Source of the DNA: a virus
Taxonomy: Duplodnaviria > Heunggongvirae > Uroviricota > Caudoviricetes
IMG/VR virus record: IMGVR_UViG_2690316241_000009
Direction: 5' to 3' (one strand)
Length of the DNA stretch: 38,984 nucleotides
The position numbers were made by a program, and so were the translations under genes. Below are positions 18,159 to 28,043 of this stretch, piece after piece (position 1 is the stretch's first letter; the number at the start of each line of letters is the position of its first letter). Below the pieces are notes generated by a model, which did not search any database, had not been told where the DNA came from, and was given only the letters and a program-made list of their open reading frames with translations.

Positions 18159-18736
18159 TGCGGGCCTCCTGTCGAATCGCTGCCACCTTTAACGCCACCG
18201 TGCTTATGCGTATGCACTGTGATGCCGTTTGAGGTGAAATCGCCGCCGCTGTGCGTGATATTGCCGCTCATCTTTCCCCCTTTTGTGACGTCAAGCGTCG
18301 CTGTTCTCAGAAGGTCTGTGCATTCCACGACGGGCGTATCCAGTGTCACGCTGACGGATGCCTGCAGGGTGGCTGTTTTCATGCCGCTGGCGCTCAGTGC
18401 GCCTGCGTCCGTGTCGTAGCGGAACACCGCGCCATCCGGCGCGCTGATCACGATTTCTTTCAGGCTTTTGCCGGGGGCCGGACTGGCATCACTCCACAGG
18501 CTGCCAATTATCATGGCGGTTTCCGGGTTGCCGCCAATGCAGGCAATTACCACCTGTTCGCCTGGTGATGGCGGCAGCCACACATTGAAGGCTCCCGCGC
18601 GCGTGGTGTTCCAGCGCAGCCAGCCTGTTTCCAGTTCGCCGCTGCGAACGCGCACGCACCAGGATTCCTCATCAACTTCAGAGATGATCCCGGTACGGAT
18701 GATGTTGCTCAGCAGTCGCATGAGTTCTGCGCTCAC
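18155..18736 (-). CDS. V: Baseplate spike protein gpV
   Basis: 193-aa protein in the V position with a Gly-rich C-terminus, matching P2 V in size. Confidence 0.85.
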   Translation of the reverse strand: MSAELMRLLSNIIRTGIISEVDEESWCVRVRSGELETGWLRWNTTRAGAFNVWLPPSPGEQVVIACIGGNPETAMIIGSLWSDASPAPGKSLKEIVISAPDGAVFRYDTDAGALSASGMKTATLQASVSVTLDTPVVECTDLLRTATLDVTKGGKMSGNITHSGGDFTSNGITVHTHKHGGVKGGSDSTGGPQ

Positions 18737-19377
18737 CGTACAGCCTCCGCAATCCGGCCCAGCACCGTGTTATAAATCAGGCGCTCATCTGCCTGGCTGA
18801 TACCCAGCAGCTCACGTACCGGGTAATCGGTGAAAATGCCCGGCGCAACCTGATCGCGCTCACCGAACTGATGAACGCGTGCAATACGTGCGGCCACGCC
18901 GCTGTAACCCACCGTCACACCGGAAGCATCTGCACGGGCTTTCAGGTAGCGGGCGGTGCGCAGTTTTACGAACATGGGGACGCGCTTTGTGCTGTCCTGG
19001 TTGATGCGCCGGGTGCGTATTTCCAGAAAACGGTCGATGTCATCCCGGTAAAACGTGCGGATATTGTTTTTATCCTCATCCCACCCGGTAATGGTTCGCC
19101 CGTATTTCCCCGTGTCGTGATGCCAGTTTTTCAGCGTGCGTGCTTCGTTATTCCAGATAAAGCGAATGCGCTCCTGTATCCGGGTTACGCGGCGTCTGCG
19201 TGGTGTCCATGCGGTCCCGTCCGGCGCTTTCTGTGACCGGATGCGCGCCTGCTGGGCGCGGCGTAAATCCTGTGCCAGCTTTCTGGCGATGTTATTGATG
19301 GCCTGCTGATTCAGGCTGTCGCGGATGGCCTCAAAGGTTTCATCCACGCGGGTGAATGCCTTATCCATCGCTTTCAC
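18733..19377 (-). CDS. S: Virion morphogenesis / tail completion protein (gpS-like)
   Basis: Occupies the S position between R and V. It is longer than P2 S (214 vs ~150 aa). Confidence 0.7.
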   Translation of the reverse strand: MKAMDKAFTRVDETFEAIRDSLNQQAINNIARKLAQDLRRAQQARIRSQKAPDGTAWTPRRRRVTRIQERIRFIWNNEARTLKNWHHDTGKYGRTITGWDEDKNNIRTFYRDDIDRFLEIRTRRINQDSTKRVPMFVKLRTARYLKARADASGVTVGYSGVAARIARVHQFGERDQVAPGIFTDYPVRELLGISQADERLIYNTVLGRIAEAVR

Positions 19378-19828
19378 CCCACGTCACATCCTGGAATACA
19401 TGCGACCAGTCGCCTTCGGAAGATGGCAGGCGGGGTTTTGGCTCCGGCAGGTGTTCTGCCTGCGGTGTGCCCTGACTGCTGCGCGTGATGCGAACGCGTT
19501 CCCGCAGGGGGAGCGTAAACAGGAGATCGGCGCTGTCATCGTCATTGATAACGGCGGAAAATTTGATGTCCTGATTACGCTCAGGGTTGAGCAACAACTG
19601 TGGCTGATTTTCGGATAACCACGCCAGCAGCGGCAGCGTGAGGTCGTCCAGCTCCCCGGCGTAATCCATGACAAACATCACCATCTGATAGCGGTAAACA
19701 AACGAGGGCGTTTCTCCGGTCGTTTCAATGTTGCCGCTCTCCACGAAAATGGTGAATTTTTCCGGGTTGGCCTGACACCATCGGCATGAACGGGTCATGG
19801 CTTCACGCAGGGAATCAGTTTTCAGCAT
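19361..19828 (-). CDS. R: Tail completion protein gpR
   Basis: MLKTDSLREAM... with LPLLAWLSENQP, resembling P2 R (MLKPDSLRRAL..., VPVLAWLRENQP). Confidence 0.85.
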   Translation of the reverse strand: MLKTDSLREAMTRSCRWCQANPEKFTIFVESGNIETTGETPSFVYRYQMVMFVMDYAGELDDLTLPLLAWLSENQPQLLLNPERNQDIKFSAVINDDDSADLLFTLPLRERVRITRSSQGTPQAEHLPEPKPRLPSSEGDWSHVFQDVTWGESDG

Positions 19829-20105
19829 GGTTGTTGTCCTCGTTGTTCAGTCGTTGCAGTCTGCGCTGTTCCAGTAATTCAATGGCCCGTTTATCCGCGT
19901 TACAGGTTTCCAGTGCATCCAGAAGGCGGTCGCCCCATATACCGAGATTTCCCCATGTGGGAGTGTCAGGGAAGGGGGGAGGCGTTACCGGTATGGTCAG
20001 CGTCTGCGGTATAAGCCGGACTGACGGCGCTGGCCGTGGCGCGTTCTGCGTGCCTGCGCAACCTGTCAGTAAAACGAGCATCAGGCAAAGCGTGGGCGCA
20101 TTCAT
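19815..20105 (-). CDS. lysC: Outer-membrane lipoprotein spanin (LysC/Rz1-like)
   Basis: Lipobox LLTGC after a short signal peptide, Pro-rich mature part. Starts inside lysB in another frame and extends past its stop, the overlapped spanin arrangement. Start could be 20135. Confidence 0.6.
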   Translation of the reverse strand: MNAPTLCLMLVLLTGCAGTQNAPRPAPSVRLIPQTLTIPVTPPPFPDTPTWGNLGIWGDRLLDALETCNADKRAIELLEQRRLQRLNNEDNNHAEN

Positions 20106-20373
20106 CTTTTGCAATATCGTTGCGTAGCTGTTCACGTCTGGCTTCTCCGTCCTGATTGCGTTGCTGATTTTCCACGCGGAGTTGCGCCAGCACCTGCTGC
20201 ATATCCTGTACCCCGGTGCTGATGATATTCAGGGTGTCGACGGTACTTTTCAGGGTGCTGGCCTGCGCTTCGTTTCTGGCGTTCTCCCGGCCCAGCGACC
20301 ACGACAGACGTATGGATGTTCCCCATGCGGCAATCAGAAGGAAAGCGACACCCAGCGTGGGCCAGAGCTTCAT
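19966..20373 (-). CDS. lysB: Inner-membrane spanin (LysB/Rz-like)
   Basis: Starts MKLWPTLGVAFLLIAAW (N-terminal TM helix) followed by a coiled-coil region; overlaps the endolysin stop. Confidence 0.7.
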   Translation of the reverse strand: MKLWPTLGVAFLLIAAWGTSIRLSWSLGRENARNEAQASTLKSTVDTLNIISTGVQDMQQVLAQLRVENQQRNQDGEARREQLRNDIAKDECAHALPDARFTDRLRRHAERATASAVSPAYTADADHTGNASPLP

Positions 20374-20762
20374 GCCGGATAGGCTCCGTGTGGTAACTGA
20401 AAATGCGGTCCGTCTTTCAGGGTCTTCCAGTCGCCGCCCCATTCCACCGGAATATTCAGTTCCCGGCTGGCCTGTCTGAATGCTGCTGCGATTTTTTCGT
20501 ACAGCGACCATTCCCATGACACCTGGCTGCCGATATAAGCCACAACATCCACGGCATGCCCCGTAAGGTGGCGGCTGTTCATGGTCTGGCTCTTACCCGT
20601 GGCCACCAGTTGCTTCTGGCGGTAACGGCTGCGCAACCCTTCGGTGATACCAAAATCCACTTCCGAGATTTCCAGTGCCCGTCGGGTCACTTTCACCAGA
20701 TCAGGATTTACGCCCTGCAAATTCTTTTCGCTCCGGCTGCTGAATTTAAATGTGTTGCTCAT
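20370..20762 (-). CDS. Endolysin, M15-type peptidoglycan peptidase
   Basis: 130-aa protein with an HxxxxxxD...H metallopeptidase motif (HLTGHAVDV...H), in the K position. A different enzyme class from P2 K lysozyme. Confidence 0.75.
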   Translation of the reverse strand: MSNTFKFSSRSEKNLQGVNPDLVKVTRRALEISEVDFGITEGLRSRYRQKQLVATGKSQTMNSRHLTGHAVDVVAYIGSQVSWEWSLYEKIAAAFRQASRELNIPVEWGGDWKTLKDGPHFQLPHGAYPA

Positions 20763-21082
20763 TCGTCCTTCTCCTTCACCCTGCGATTAAAGGCCGCAAT
20801 AACCTTGTCGCGTGCTTTCTCTGCCCCCATAAAACCGATTGATGCGCCGATAAACGTCACGGCATCTTCAGGAAAACCGAAGAAGCGCAACGACCCGGCC
20901 ACGGCCATGGCAAGAACGCCGCACGCCAGCGATCCCGTTACGGTCTGAACCAGTGTTCGTCCGTCATAAAGACTCATCAGCGCGGAAATGCTGACCGCCG
21001 CGCCTACTGCATACACCGTTGGCAGGTGGTCAAAGAGCCATGCAATAACCTGCTCTGTGATCCCTGTTTGAATGGTGCTCAC
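20759..21082 (-). CDS. Holin (gpY position)
   Basis: Hydrophobic segments and a charged C-terminus (RRVKEKDE). Likely GTG start after a GGGGGGAG Shine-Dalgarno; the longer ORF in the track overlaps X and is probably not translated. Confidence 0.6.
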   Translation of the reverse strand: MSTIQTGITEQVIAWLFDHLPTVYAVGAAVSISALMSLYDGRTLVQTVTGSLACGVLAMAVAGSLRFFGFPEDAVTFIGASIGFMGAEKARDKVIAAFNRRVKEKDE

Positions 21083-21084
21083 TG

Positions 21085-21285
21085 CTACTCCCCCCACAAC
21101 TGAATCATTTCTCGTTTCTTCTTCTCCGGCTCCGGCATCTCCACTTCCTGCCCGGCGTCCAGAAATACCTGCTGACAGAGTCCGGGGTTGGCATCCAGCA
21201 CCTTTTCGGTGACGCCCTGCGTCGTGCCGTAGTACCGGAAACAGAGCGAATCCACGGTGTCGCCTTCCAGTGCCTTTACTTTCAT
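21085..21285 (-). CDS. X: Tail protein gpX
   Basis: MKVKALEGDTVDSLCFRYYGTTQGVTEKVLDANPGL... resembles P2 X (MKTFALQGDTLDAICVRYYGRTEGVVETVLAANPGL). Confidence 0.85.
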   Translation of the reverse strand: MKVKALEGDTVDSLCFRYYGTTQGVTEKVLDANPGLCQQVFLDAGQEVEMPEPEKKKREMIQLWGE

Positions 21286-21788
21286 CAGCACAACTCCGCA
21301 AAGATTCGCGGACGGCACAGAATGTCAGAGATGGCCCAGCTCACATCACGCCACAAATCCGATGTCTGTATATCCAGTGCGTCCGCCCGGCGGTCGCCCT
21401 TGTCCGTTGTGTCCGCATCGCGGTAACGCTCCAGAATCAGGGCGCGTGTGGCGGTGTAAACCGCATTGCGCCAGTGCCAGAGATTGACGCTTTCTCCGTT
21501 AATTACGGGTGCCGGAACATCGGCCAGCGTCTGATGGCCAGCCGCCTGCTGTTCCTGCTGCCATGCTTCCAGCTCGCGGGTAACATGTGCCACAGCCCCG
21601 GTGGCGGTATGCAGCAGACGGGAGGTGGTCACACGGCCCGGCAGTCGTACCGCCAGACGCAGCTCACGCAGCACAATATCCGGCCAGAATGCACCCGCTG
21701 AAATACGGGTATCACCATCATCGGTATCGGTGATGTCGTCCTCTGCGGGGCCGGGGTTGGTTCTGGCAACCATACTCATGGGGTTCAC
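21285..21788 (-). CDS. L: Head completion protein gpL
   Basis: 167-aa protein in the L position between M and X, matching P2 L in size. Confidence 0.85.
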   Translation of the reverse strand: MNPMSMVARTNPGPAEDDITDTDDGDTRISAGAFWPDIVLRELRLAVRLPGRVTTSRLLHTATGAVAHVTRELEAWQQEQQAAGHQTLADVPAPVINGESVNLWHWRNAVYTATRALILERYRDADTTDKGDRRADALDIQTSDLWRDVSWAISDILCRPRIFAELC

Positions 21789-21881
21789 TCCTGAAAAAAA
21801 TCGGGCGGTGGGTGCGCGGTGTAAACGGTCACGGAGTCAAACCGGAACACCGCGCACGCCGCCCGCTGACGGGGTCAGTCG

Positions 21882-22682
21882 TTAACCGCGCTTCGCCTTC
21901 TGCGTCGCGGTGGTTTTTCGTGTTGCAGGCTTCCGCGTTGTCTTTTTACTTTTGCTGCTTTCGTCCTGCGCCTGCTGTGCGCTGGCGTCTTCTGGTTCGG
22001 CTGCGGAATCGGCTTTTTTCAGGGCGCGGGAAAGGGTTGCAATCTCGCGTTTCACACCTGCATTCGGGTTCAGGTGCATTGCTTCGCGCAGCAGCTTCAG
22101 TGACAGGGCCATGCTGTCCGCATCACTCAGGCCACGACGGGCAAAGGCGCACGCCTTGCATAATTTGGCGCGCACTTCGTCCGGCATGTCCTGGTCGGTG
22201 ACAATCTCCCGGAGGGTATCCAGTGGTTCGATAAAGGCGGACAAATCCGCGTCGGCATCCGTCCCGGCCTGCGTCAGTACCGGGTTGCAGATTTCTTCGG
22301 TCAGCACTGTGGCAGCAGTACGGCCAAAGTTATCCGGCATAATGAGGTTATGACGGACCACATACGCACCAATACGCAACGCCAGCGGAAGATCGCCGCA
22401 GTCAATCGCCCACACCATCAGCGTGGCAATCACTTCATCCTGCTGCCCGCCGTCAGCCTCCAGCGTTCCCTCAATCCAGCCGGAAAAGTCCGGCAACAAC
22501 TCTTTTTTGATGGCGGCTTTCGCGCTTCTGGCCTGTACGCCCTTAAGCCGGGCCTGTGCCAGACGCAGACGATACAGCACCTCTTCATGCGCGGTACGCG
22601 CGGCGTGGTCCACGCCTTCATTCGCCCGGCCTGCGCGCTGTGCCATCACGTTCTGCCAGTGTTGCTGTGCAGGAGTAATCAT
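21882..22682 (-). CDS. M: Terminase small (endonuclease) subunit gpM
   Basis: 266-aa protein in the M position with a basic Lys/Thr-rich C-terminal tail. Confidence 0.85.
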   Translation of the reverse strand: MITPAQQHWQNVMAQRAGRANEGVDHAARTAHEEVLYRLRLAQARLKGVQARSAKAAIKKELLPDFSGWIEGTLEADGGQQDEVIATLMVWAIDCGDLPLALRIGAYVVRHNLIMPDNFGRTAATVLTEEICNPVLTQAGTDADADLSAFIEPLDTLREIVTDQDMPDEVRAKLCKACAFARRGLSDADSMALSLKLLREAMHLNPNAGVKREIATLSRALKKADSAAEPEDASAQQAQDESSKSKKTTRKPATRKTTATQKAKRG

Positions 22683-22727
22683 TTTTTCTCTCCGTTACAG
22701 GCGGGCATGATGCCCGCTGTGAGTTGA

Positions 22728-23780
22728 TTAGCTGTCGGCGAACTTCAGGCCAGTGACCATCGCGCACTTGCCATAGTCTTCAACGACATAAGCGTCATTG
22801 ATGGACTGGTAGGTGGCGATGCGGTTGTATTCCGGTTCGTCTTTCATCAGACGACGCATTGAACCTTTCTGCCAGTAAATCGACAGGTTGTTGAACGAGG
22901 TGATCAGCATCGTTGCATCCGGGAAGAACGGCGCAAGGAACACACCCAGCCCGCCAATGGTGCGCGATGACAGGATGAGCTGTCCGGCGAGTAATTCCGC
23001 ATTGGGATTCTGGCCGCTGATGCTGTTCAGCACGGGCAGACGCAGCGAGTTAAACAGGTTGCGCCCCATAATCACCACGAGGTCGTCAGCTTCCTTGTGC
23101 CATTCATCCAGCAGGGATGAGCGTGCGTCCTGAACCAGTGCATCAGCGTTCGCATACTTACCCGCGTGCGCCACGGTGTTGTCCATGTTGCGGGAGGTCA
23201 GCGTCACGTCATTCATTACGCGCGCGCTGGCATTGGTTCTGATGTGCTCCAGCCACCCCACGTTAACGTCCTGAAGCAGCTTGTTGGTGCTGAAGTTGGA
23301 TTTTTCCGCGTGTGACGTGCCGTTAAAGCCGATCATGATGCGGTCAAGCGCCACCTGTCGGGCAATCTGTGCGCTGATGCGGGTCTGGAAGTCATTGTGC
23401 GCCGCCCAGGCATCAAGCTGCGGATACGAAATAAACGTGTCGTAGTTCACCTGCTCACACTGGTACTGACGGGACTTCAGGTCGACAGCGTTAATCGGGT
23501 TGCGGCGATCTGTGCCGTCATAACTGGTATTTGTGCGCGCAATCGGCCCGGTGGTGTCCATGAGGACTTTTTCGCCTTTCTGGTCGGTCACACCGATCAC
23601 GTTAATTTTTTTTGTAAGTTCGGTGCTATCCTTTGAGGCGTTTTCAAAACGCTGCTGCACCGAGGGTTCCACGGTAAATCGCGATACCAGCCCAGAAACC
23701 GGGATATTGTTAATCGACGCCTGTCGCGTCATGTAGCAGCCCAGCTTGTTACGGGCATTATCTGACATCACCAGATTCAT
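22728..23780 (-). CDS. N: Major capsid protein gpN
   Basis: Matches P2 N (FTVEPSV, IMIGFNG, LLQDVNVGWL, YFPDATMLIT, LSIYW, YVVEDY). AAGGAG Shine-Dalgarno upstream. Confidence 0.9.
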   Translation of the reverse strand: MNLVMSDNARNKLGCYMTRQASINNIPVSGLVSRFTVEPSVQQRFENASKDSTELTKKINVIGVTDQKGEKVLMDTTGPIARTNTSYDGTDRRNPINAVDLKSRQYQCEQVNYDTFISYPQLDAWAAHNDFQTRISAQIARQVALDRIMIGFNGTSHAEKSNFSTNKLLQDVNVGWLEHIRTNASARVMNDVTLTSRNMDNTVAHAGKYANADALVQDARSSLLDEWHKEADDLVVIMGRNLFNSLRLPVLNSISGQNPNAELLAGQLILSSRTIGGLGVFLAPFFPDATMLITSFNNLSIYWQKGSMRRLMKDEPEYNRIATYQSINDAYVVEDYGKCAMVTGLKFADS

Positions 23781-23803
23781 AAAAAATTTGCTCCTTTGTC
23801 TTA

Positions 23804-24640
23804 TCAGAAGTCAGCCAGCTGGTCGGAGGCTGCGCCCGTTGCGGTGAACCGGTTCTGCGGATCGCCGTCCTGCGTGCGCAGTTTTTCCTTCAGTGCTGTC
23901 AGCTCTGTGGTCAGCGAAGTGATTTTCTGGCTGTCCTGCTGATGGCGGGTTTCCAGTGCATTAAAACGGTCGATAATATCGGCCTGTGACGTTGCGACAC
24001 CTTCCACCGCTTCCTGAATACGGGAGAAACTGGCGTCATCCGCTTTGCGGCCACGGCCAATAATCCCCATAACGCGGTTAAACCACTGGGTGCCTTCTTC
24101 CTGACGTTGTTCGGTGAGTTCGATAAGTTCTGACTCCATAGCGGCGGTGAACATCGCCACGTCTCCCTGCTGACAGTTGAATGTCATCAGTTGCATACGT
24201 TGTTGTGCCGCAAAGGCCAGACGTTCCGTGCCCAGGCTGGCGGGGGTGTCGGTCATTGCCAGCCCGCGCAGGTAAGGGCCTCCCGTGATGGTTGACTGTG
24301 GTTCCAGCTCAATACTGGAGTAAATTTTTTTACCATCGTTAAGCAGGGACATCATGCGAGCGGTCGGCTCAATTTCGGCATACAGTGCCGTGCGGCCTGC
24401 CAGCGGGCCATCGGTTATGTCTTCGGTGCTCAACCCCACAACATCGCCCATAGCGGAAAACTCGCTACCGGGGAGTGGTGACAGGATGTGCTCAATATTC
24501 ACACGTGCACCATAAACGGACGGGTTATAACTGGTGGCGGCAGCTTTCAGCATGTCGCCGTTGATTTCGCGCCCGTCTGCCGTCACACCGGAGACAGCCA
24601 CGCGAAACTTTTTGCGGGATGTCTTTTTTTCATTAGTCAT
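23804..24640 (-). CDS. O: Capsid scaffold protein gpO
   Basis: Matches P2 O (FRVAVSG..DGR.I, VYG.R.N.EH, LAMTD.PASLGTE). Start taken at MTNEKK after an AGAGGGG Shine-Dalgarno. Confidence 0.85.
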   Translation of the reverse strand: MTNEKKTSRKKFRVAVSGVTADGREINGDMLKAAATSYNPSVYGARVNIEHILSPLPGSEFSAMGDVVGLSTEDITDGPLAGRTALYAEIEPTARMMSLLNDGKKIYSSIELEPQSTITGGPYLRGLAMTDTPASLGTERLAFAAQQRMQLMTFNCQQGDVAMFTAAMESELIELTEQRQEEGTQWFNRVMGIIGRGRKADDASFSRIQEAVEGVATSQADIIDRFNALETRHQQDSQKITSLTTELTALKEKLRTQDGDPQNRFTATGAASDQLADF

Positions 24641-24794
24641 AGTTTTTGCCCCTCTGACTGGTTCTTCAGTCATGATGGCAAAGCGTAACAGGCTGATACA
24701 AAGGGCTTTTGTTGTAAGAAAACAGTCAGAACAGGGGGTTAAGGAGAACGGTTTCGCGCGCGGGTAATCTTCCTGTAATTACTCAGGGGGAGCA

Positions 24795-26546
24795 ATGATT
24801 CAGGACGCTTTTGTGCGCCAGCGTGCGCGGCAACTTTACTGGCAGGGTTATCCGCCCGCAGAAATATCACGTCTGATGGGAATAAACCCGAACACGATTT
24901 ATGCGTGGAAAAAACGCGACCAGTGGGATGAAACGCCACCCGTGCAGCGTGTCACGCAGTCCATCGATGCGCGCCTCATCCAGCTTACTGAAAAACAGAA
25001 TAAAACAGGTGGTGACTTCAAGGAAATAGACCTGCTGACCCGGCAGCTTAAAAAGCTGCATGATGGCCAGCCGGATGTGATGGCCGCAGGAAAGAAAGGC
25101 CGGGCGAAAAAACTCAAAAATCATTTCACGCCGGAACAGATTGCCGCACTGCGGGAAAAAATCATCAGCAGGCTGGAGTGGCATCAGCGGGGCTGGTTTG
25201 ACTCCCTGACCCTTTGCAGGGAAGCCGGGATACGTAACAGGATGATCCTGAAATCCCGACAGATTGGGGCGACCTGGTATTTTGCACAGGAAGCACTGCT
25301 GATGGCGCTGCGTGACGATGTGGCACAACCTTACCAGCGTAACCAGATTTTTTTGTCTGCGTCGCGTCGTCAGGCGTTCCAGTTTAAAAGCATTATTCAG
25401 AAGGCTGCGGCTGAAGTTGATGTGGAGCTGAAAGGGGGCGATAAAATCATCCTCTCCAACGGCGCAGAGCTGCATTTTCTTGGTACTTCTGCTGCGACGG
25501 CACAGTCCTACACGGGCAATTTTTATTTTGATGAATTTTTCTGGGTCAGTCGCTTTGCTGAACTGCGCAAGGTGGCTGGCGCTATGGCAACCCTCAGCGG
25601 ACTGCGGCGCACCTACTTCTCCACGCCATCCACCGAAACGCACGAGGCATACGCCTACTGGAATGGCGACCGCTGGAACGAGAAAAAGGCCACGCATAAA
25701 CGCCAGCGTTTTTCTGTGGACTGGAAAACGCTGCATAACGGGCTTATCTGCCCTGACCGGACGTGGCGGCAAATTGTCACGCTGGAAGATGTGGTTAATC
25801 ACGGCTGGAAACACACCGATATTGACGAAATTCGTGATGAAAACACCGAAGACGAGTTCCGCAATCTCTATATGTGTGAGTTTGTCCGCGAAGGGGAATC
25901 GGCATTTAACCTGAATATCCTGATTGGCTGCGGTGTTGACGGATACGACGACTGGAAAGACTGGAAACCTTTTGCTCCCCGCCCGATGGGGAATCGTCCG
26001 GTATGGATTGGGTATGACGCAAACGGCAGCAGTGGAAACGGCGACAGCGGCGCTGTGTCCGTGGTGGTTCCTCCGGCTGTTCCTGGAGGCCGTTTTCGAA
26101 CGGTGGAGACGCGACGCGTTCAGGGGCTGGAGTTTGAAGAACAGGCCAGAGTCATTGAAGAGTTCACGTGTCGCTACAACGTGGAACACATCGGCATTGA
26201 TGTGACGGGCGGGAACGGGGAGGCTGTTTATCAGATAGTGAAACGGTTTTTCCCTGCTGCTATTCCGTACACCTTCACGCTGTCATCAAAACGGTCGCTG
26301 GTACTGAAAATGCTGCAAATAATGCGTGCCGGGCGGTGGGAATATGATCGCGCCGAACGCGAGCTGGTCGCAGCCTTTAACGCCGTGCGTAAGGTGAAAA
26401 CACCGGGCGGCTTTATCACTTACGAAACGGACCGTGCGAGGGGGATCAGCCACGGCGACCTTGCGTGGGCAACCATGCTTGCTGTCATTAACGAACCGAT
26501 TGGCGGCGAAGGGGAAAACGAGCGTTTTACGGTTATGGAGTTCTGA
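24795..26546 (+). CDS. P: Terminase large (ATPase) subunit gpP
   Basis: 583-aa protein with N-terminal RQLYWQGY and ARLIQL motifs as in P2 P; divergent from O as in P2. Confidence 0.9.
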   Translation: MIQDAFVRQRARQLYWQGYPPAEISRLMGINPNTIYAWKKRDQWDETPPVQRVTQSIDARLIQLTEKQNKTGGDFKEIDLLTRQLKKLHDGQPDVMAAGKKGRAKKLKNHFTPEQIAALREKIISRLEWHQRGWFDSLTLCREAGIRNRMILKSRQIGATWYFAQEALLMALRDDVAQPYQRNQIFLSASRRQAFQFKSIIQKAAAEVDVELKGGDKIILSNGAELHFLGTSAATAQSYTGNFYFDEFFWVSRFAELRKVAGAMATLSGLRRTYFSTPSTETHEAYAYWNGDRWNEKKATHKRQRFSVDWKTLHNGLICPDRTWRQIVTLEDVVNHGWKHTDIDEIRDENTEDEFRNLYMCEFVREGESAFNLNILIGCGVDGYDDWKDWKPFAPRPMGNRPVWIGYDANGSSGNGDSGAVSVVVPPAVPGGRFRTVETRRVQGLEFEEQARVIEEFTCRYNVEHIGIDVTGGNGEAVYQIVKRFFPAAIPYTFTLSSKRSLVLKMLQIMRAGRWEYDRAERELVAAFNAVRKVKTPGGFITYETDRARGISHGDLAWATMLAVINEPIGGEGENERFTVMEF

Positions 26547-27592
26547 TGAGCAGAAAAAATAAAAAAGTGCGCATGAGTTCACGCATTGATCTCGCTGATG
26601 CGCTCAGGAAAGAATCATCGCTCAGTGCATTCACATTTGATGGTCCTTATCGCCTGACCGGGCATGACCTGCTGGACAATATGTACTGTGCTGATAACGG
26701 GCGGTGGTATGAAACCCCGGTGGACTGGTACAGTCTGGCAAGAGCCGCCCGGCAAACGTCCTGGCATCAGTCTGCGCTTTACTTTAAGCGTAATGTATTG
26801 CTCGGGTGCTACATCCCGCACCCGCTGCTTTCCCGGCAGGATTTCTCGGCGCTGGCGCTGGACTGGTTTGTGTTCGGTAACGCATTCCTTGAGCTTCGGA
26901 GCAATATGCTCGGCGAACCGCTTAAATTACGGCACGCCCTGGCGAAATACATGCGACGCGGAAGCGATCTTGAATCATGGTGGTATGTGCAGGATGGCAA
27001 GGACGCGTTCCAGTTTCGCCCTGGCAAAGTGTGCCACCTGATGAATCCGGATATTAACCAGGAAATCTACGGCATGCCGGAATATCTTGGCGCATTACTC
27101 TCGGCCAGCCTTTCTCATTCGGCGGACATGTTCAGAAAACTGTACTACGACAACGGATCCCACGCCGGGTGCATCATCTACATCGGTGCAGCGCAGGTAA
27201 ACCGCGAAAGCATGGACTCCCTGAAAGAAACGTTACAGGGTGCGCGTGGTGGTGGTGCATTTAAAAACGTGCTCATTCATGCGCCCAACGGGGGCAAAGA
27301 AGGGGTGCAAATTTTGCCGTTCCAGCAGATCACCGCAAAGGATGAGTTCATGAATGTTAAGGCGGCATCCCGTGATGATGTGCTGGCTGCGCACCGCGTT
27401 CCGCCGCAACTGATGGGGGCGATGCCGGGCGAAAAAAGTGCGTTTGGTGATGTGGAGAAGGCCGCGCGGGTTTACGCAATTAACGAGCTGATGCCCGTCA
27501 TGGAGGCCATGAAGCACATCAATGACTGGCTTGGCGAAGAGGTGATCCGCTTTAACCCTTACGCACTGTTAGACACCCAGCCCACATCCTGA
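26546..27592 (+). CDS. Q: Portal protein gpQ
   Basis: 348-aa protein whose start overlaps the P stop (ATGA). Position and size match P2 Q next to cos. Confidence 0.9.
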   Translation: MSRKNKKVRMSSRIDLADALRKESSLSAFTFDGPYRLTGHDLLDNMYCADNGRWYETPVDWYSLARAARQTSWHQSALYFKRNVLLGCYIPHPLLSRQDFSALALDWFVFGNAFLELRSNMLGEPLKLRHALAKYMRRGSDLESWWYVQDGKDAFQFRPGKVCHLMNPDINQEIYGMPEYLGALLSASLSHSADMFRKLYYDNGSHAGCIIYIGAAQVNRESMDSLKETLQGARGGGAFKNVLIHAPNGGKEGVQILPFQQITAKDEFMNVKAASRDDVLAAHRVPPQLMGAMPGEKSAFGDVEKAARVYAINELMPVMEAMKHINDWLGEEVIRFNPYALLDTQPTS

Positions 27593-27619
27593 CGCGCTTC
27601 GCTTGTCTGCTGCTTCGCC

Positions 27620-27642
27620 GGGGCATAAAAAATTTATGCCCC
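27620..27642. other. Perfect 10-bp stem hairpin just after Q
   Basis: ggggcataaa-aaa-tttatgcccc. No U-tract follows, so it is either a weak terminator or a recognition element. Confidence 0.4.
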
Positions 27643-27901
27643 GACTCTCCAGCTCCTGTATCAGTCAGATAATTTCACGACGCTTTCCTGCTGATTGCCA
27701 TCATCGACAGTCAGACTCTTACGCAATCCCACCGCGTTGACTGCATGTTCTCGCCGTCTCAGTGCGATTTTGACGGCCTTACCTTTCACCCCATCAAATC
27801 AAAAGCCCTCACGTCTTTTTCACGCTCAGCGTGAGAAATACAGCCATTCTGTTCTATCTCTGCGACATCGTTCAGGGAATGCTATTTACCCCCTGAAACG
27901 C

Positions 27902-27920
27902 GGGCTGTTCCCCCGTCACC
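27902..27920 (-). other. Candidate cos cohesive-end core (low confidence)
   Basis: Minus-strand GGTGACGGGGGAACAGCCC resembles the P2 cos overhang GGCGAGGCGGGGAAAGCAC as I recall it (about 13 of 19 positions), in the expected place between Q and the old-like locus. Confidence 0.3.
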
Positions 27921-28016
27921 TGCGCGCAGAAAAAACGCGTTTTTTTGTGCACGCACGGATCCTTGACGGATCCAGCCGCCATGCGGGCCGGAAGGGCAAA
28001 AAGTCGTTCAAAAAAA

Positions 28017-28043
28017 TTGTGCAAATTTGTGCACTATTGTGCA
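28017..28043 (+). promoter_or_regulatory. Three direct TTGTGCA repeats at exact 10-bp spacing
   Basis: TTGTGCAaatTTGTGCActaTTGTGCAaac. Helical-phase periodicity suggests a protein-binding array. Confidence 0.45.

Noticed and set aside
20759-21301. 180-aa long form of the holin ORF
   Set aside because: Its N-terminal 70 residues are Arg/Gly-rich and overlap gene X in another frame. A GTG start with a strong Shine-Dalgarno just after the X stop gives a typically sized holin.
24867-26189. 440-aa minus-strand ORF antisense to terminase gene P
   Set aside because: It lies entirely inside the well-supported P coding sequence on the opposite strand. It is an artefact of GC-rich codon usage with no recognisable motifs.
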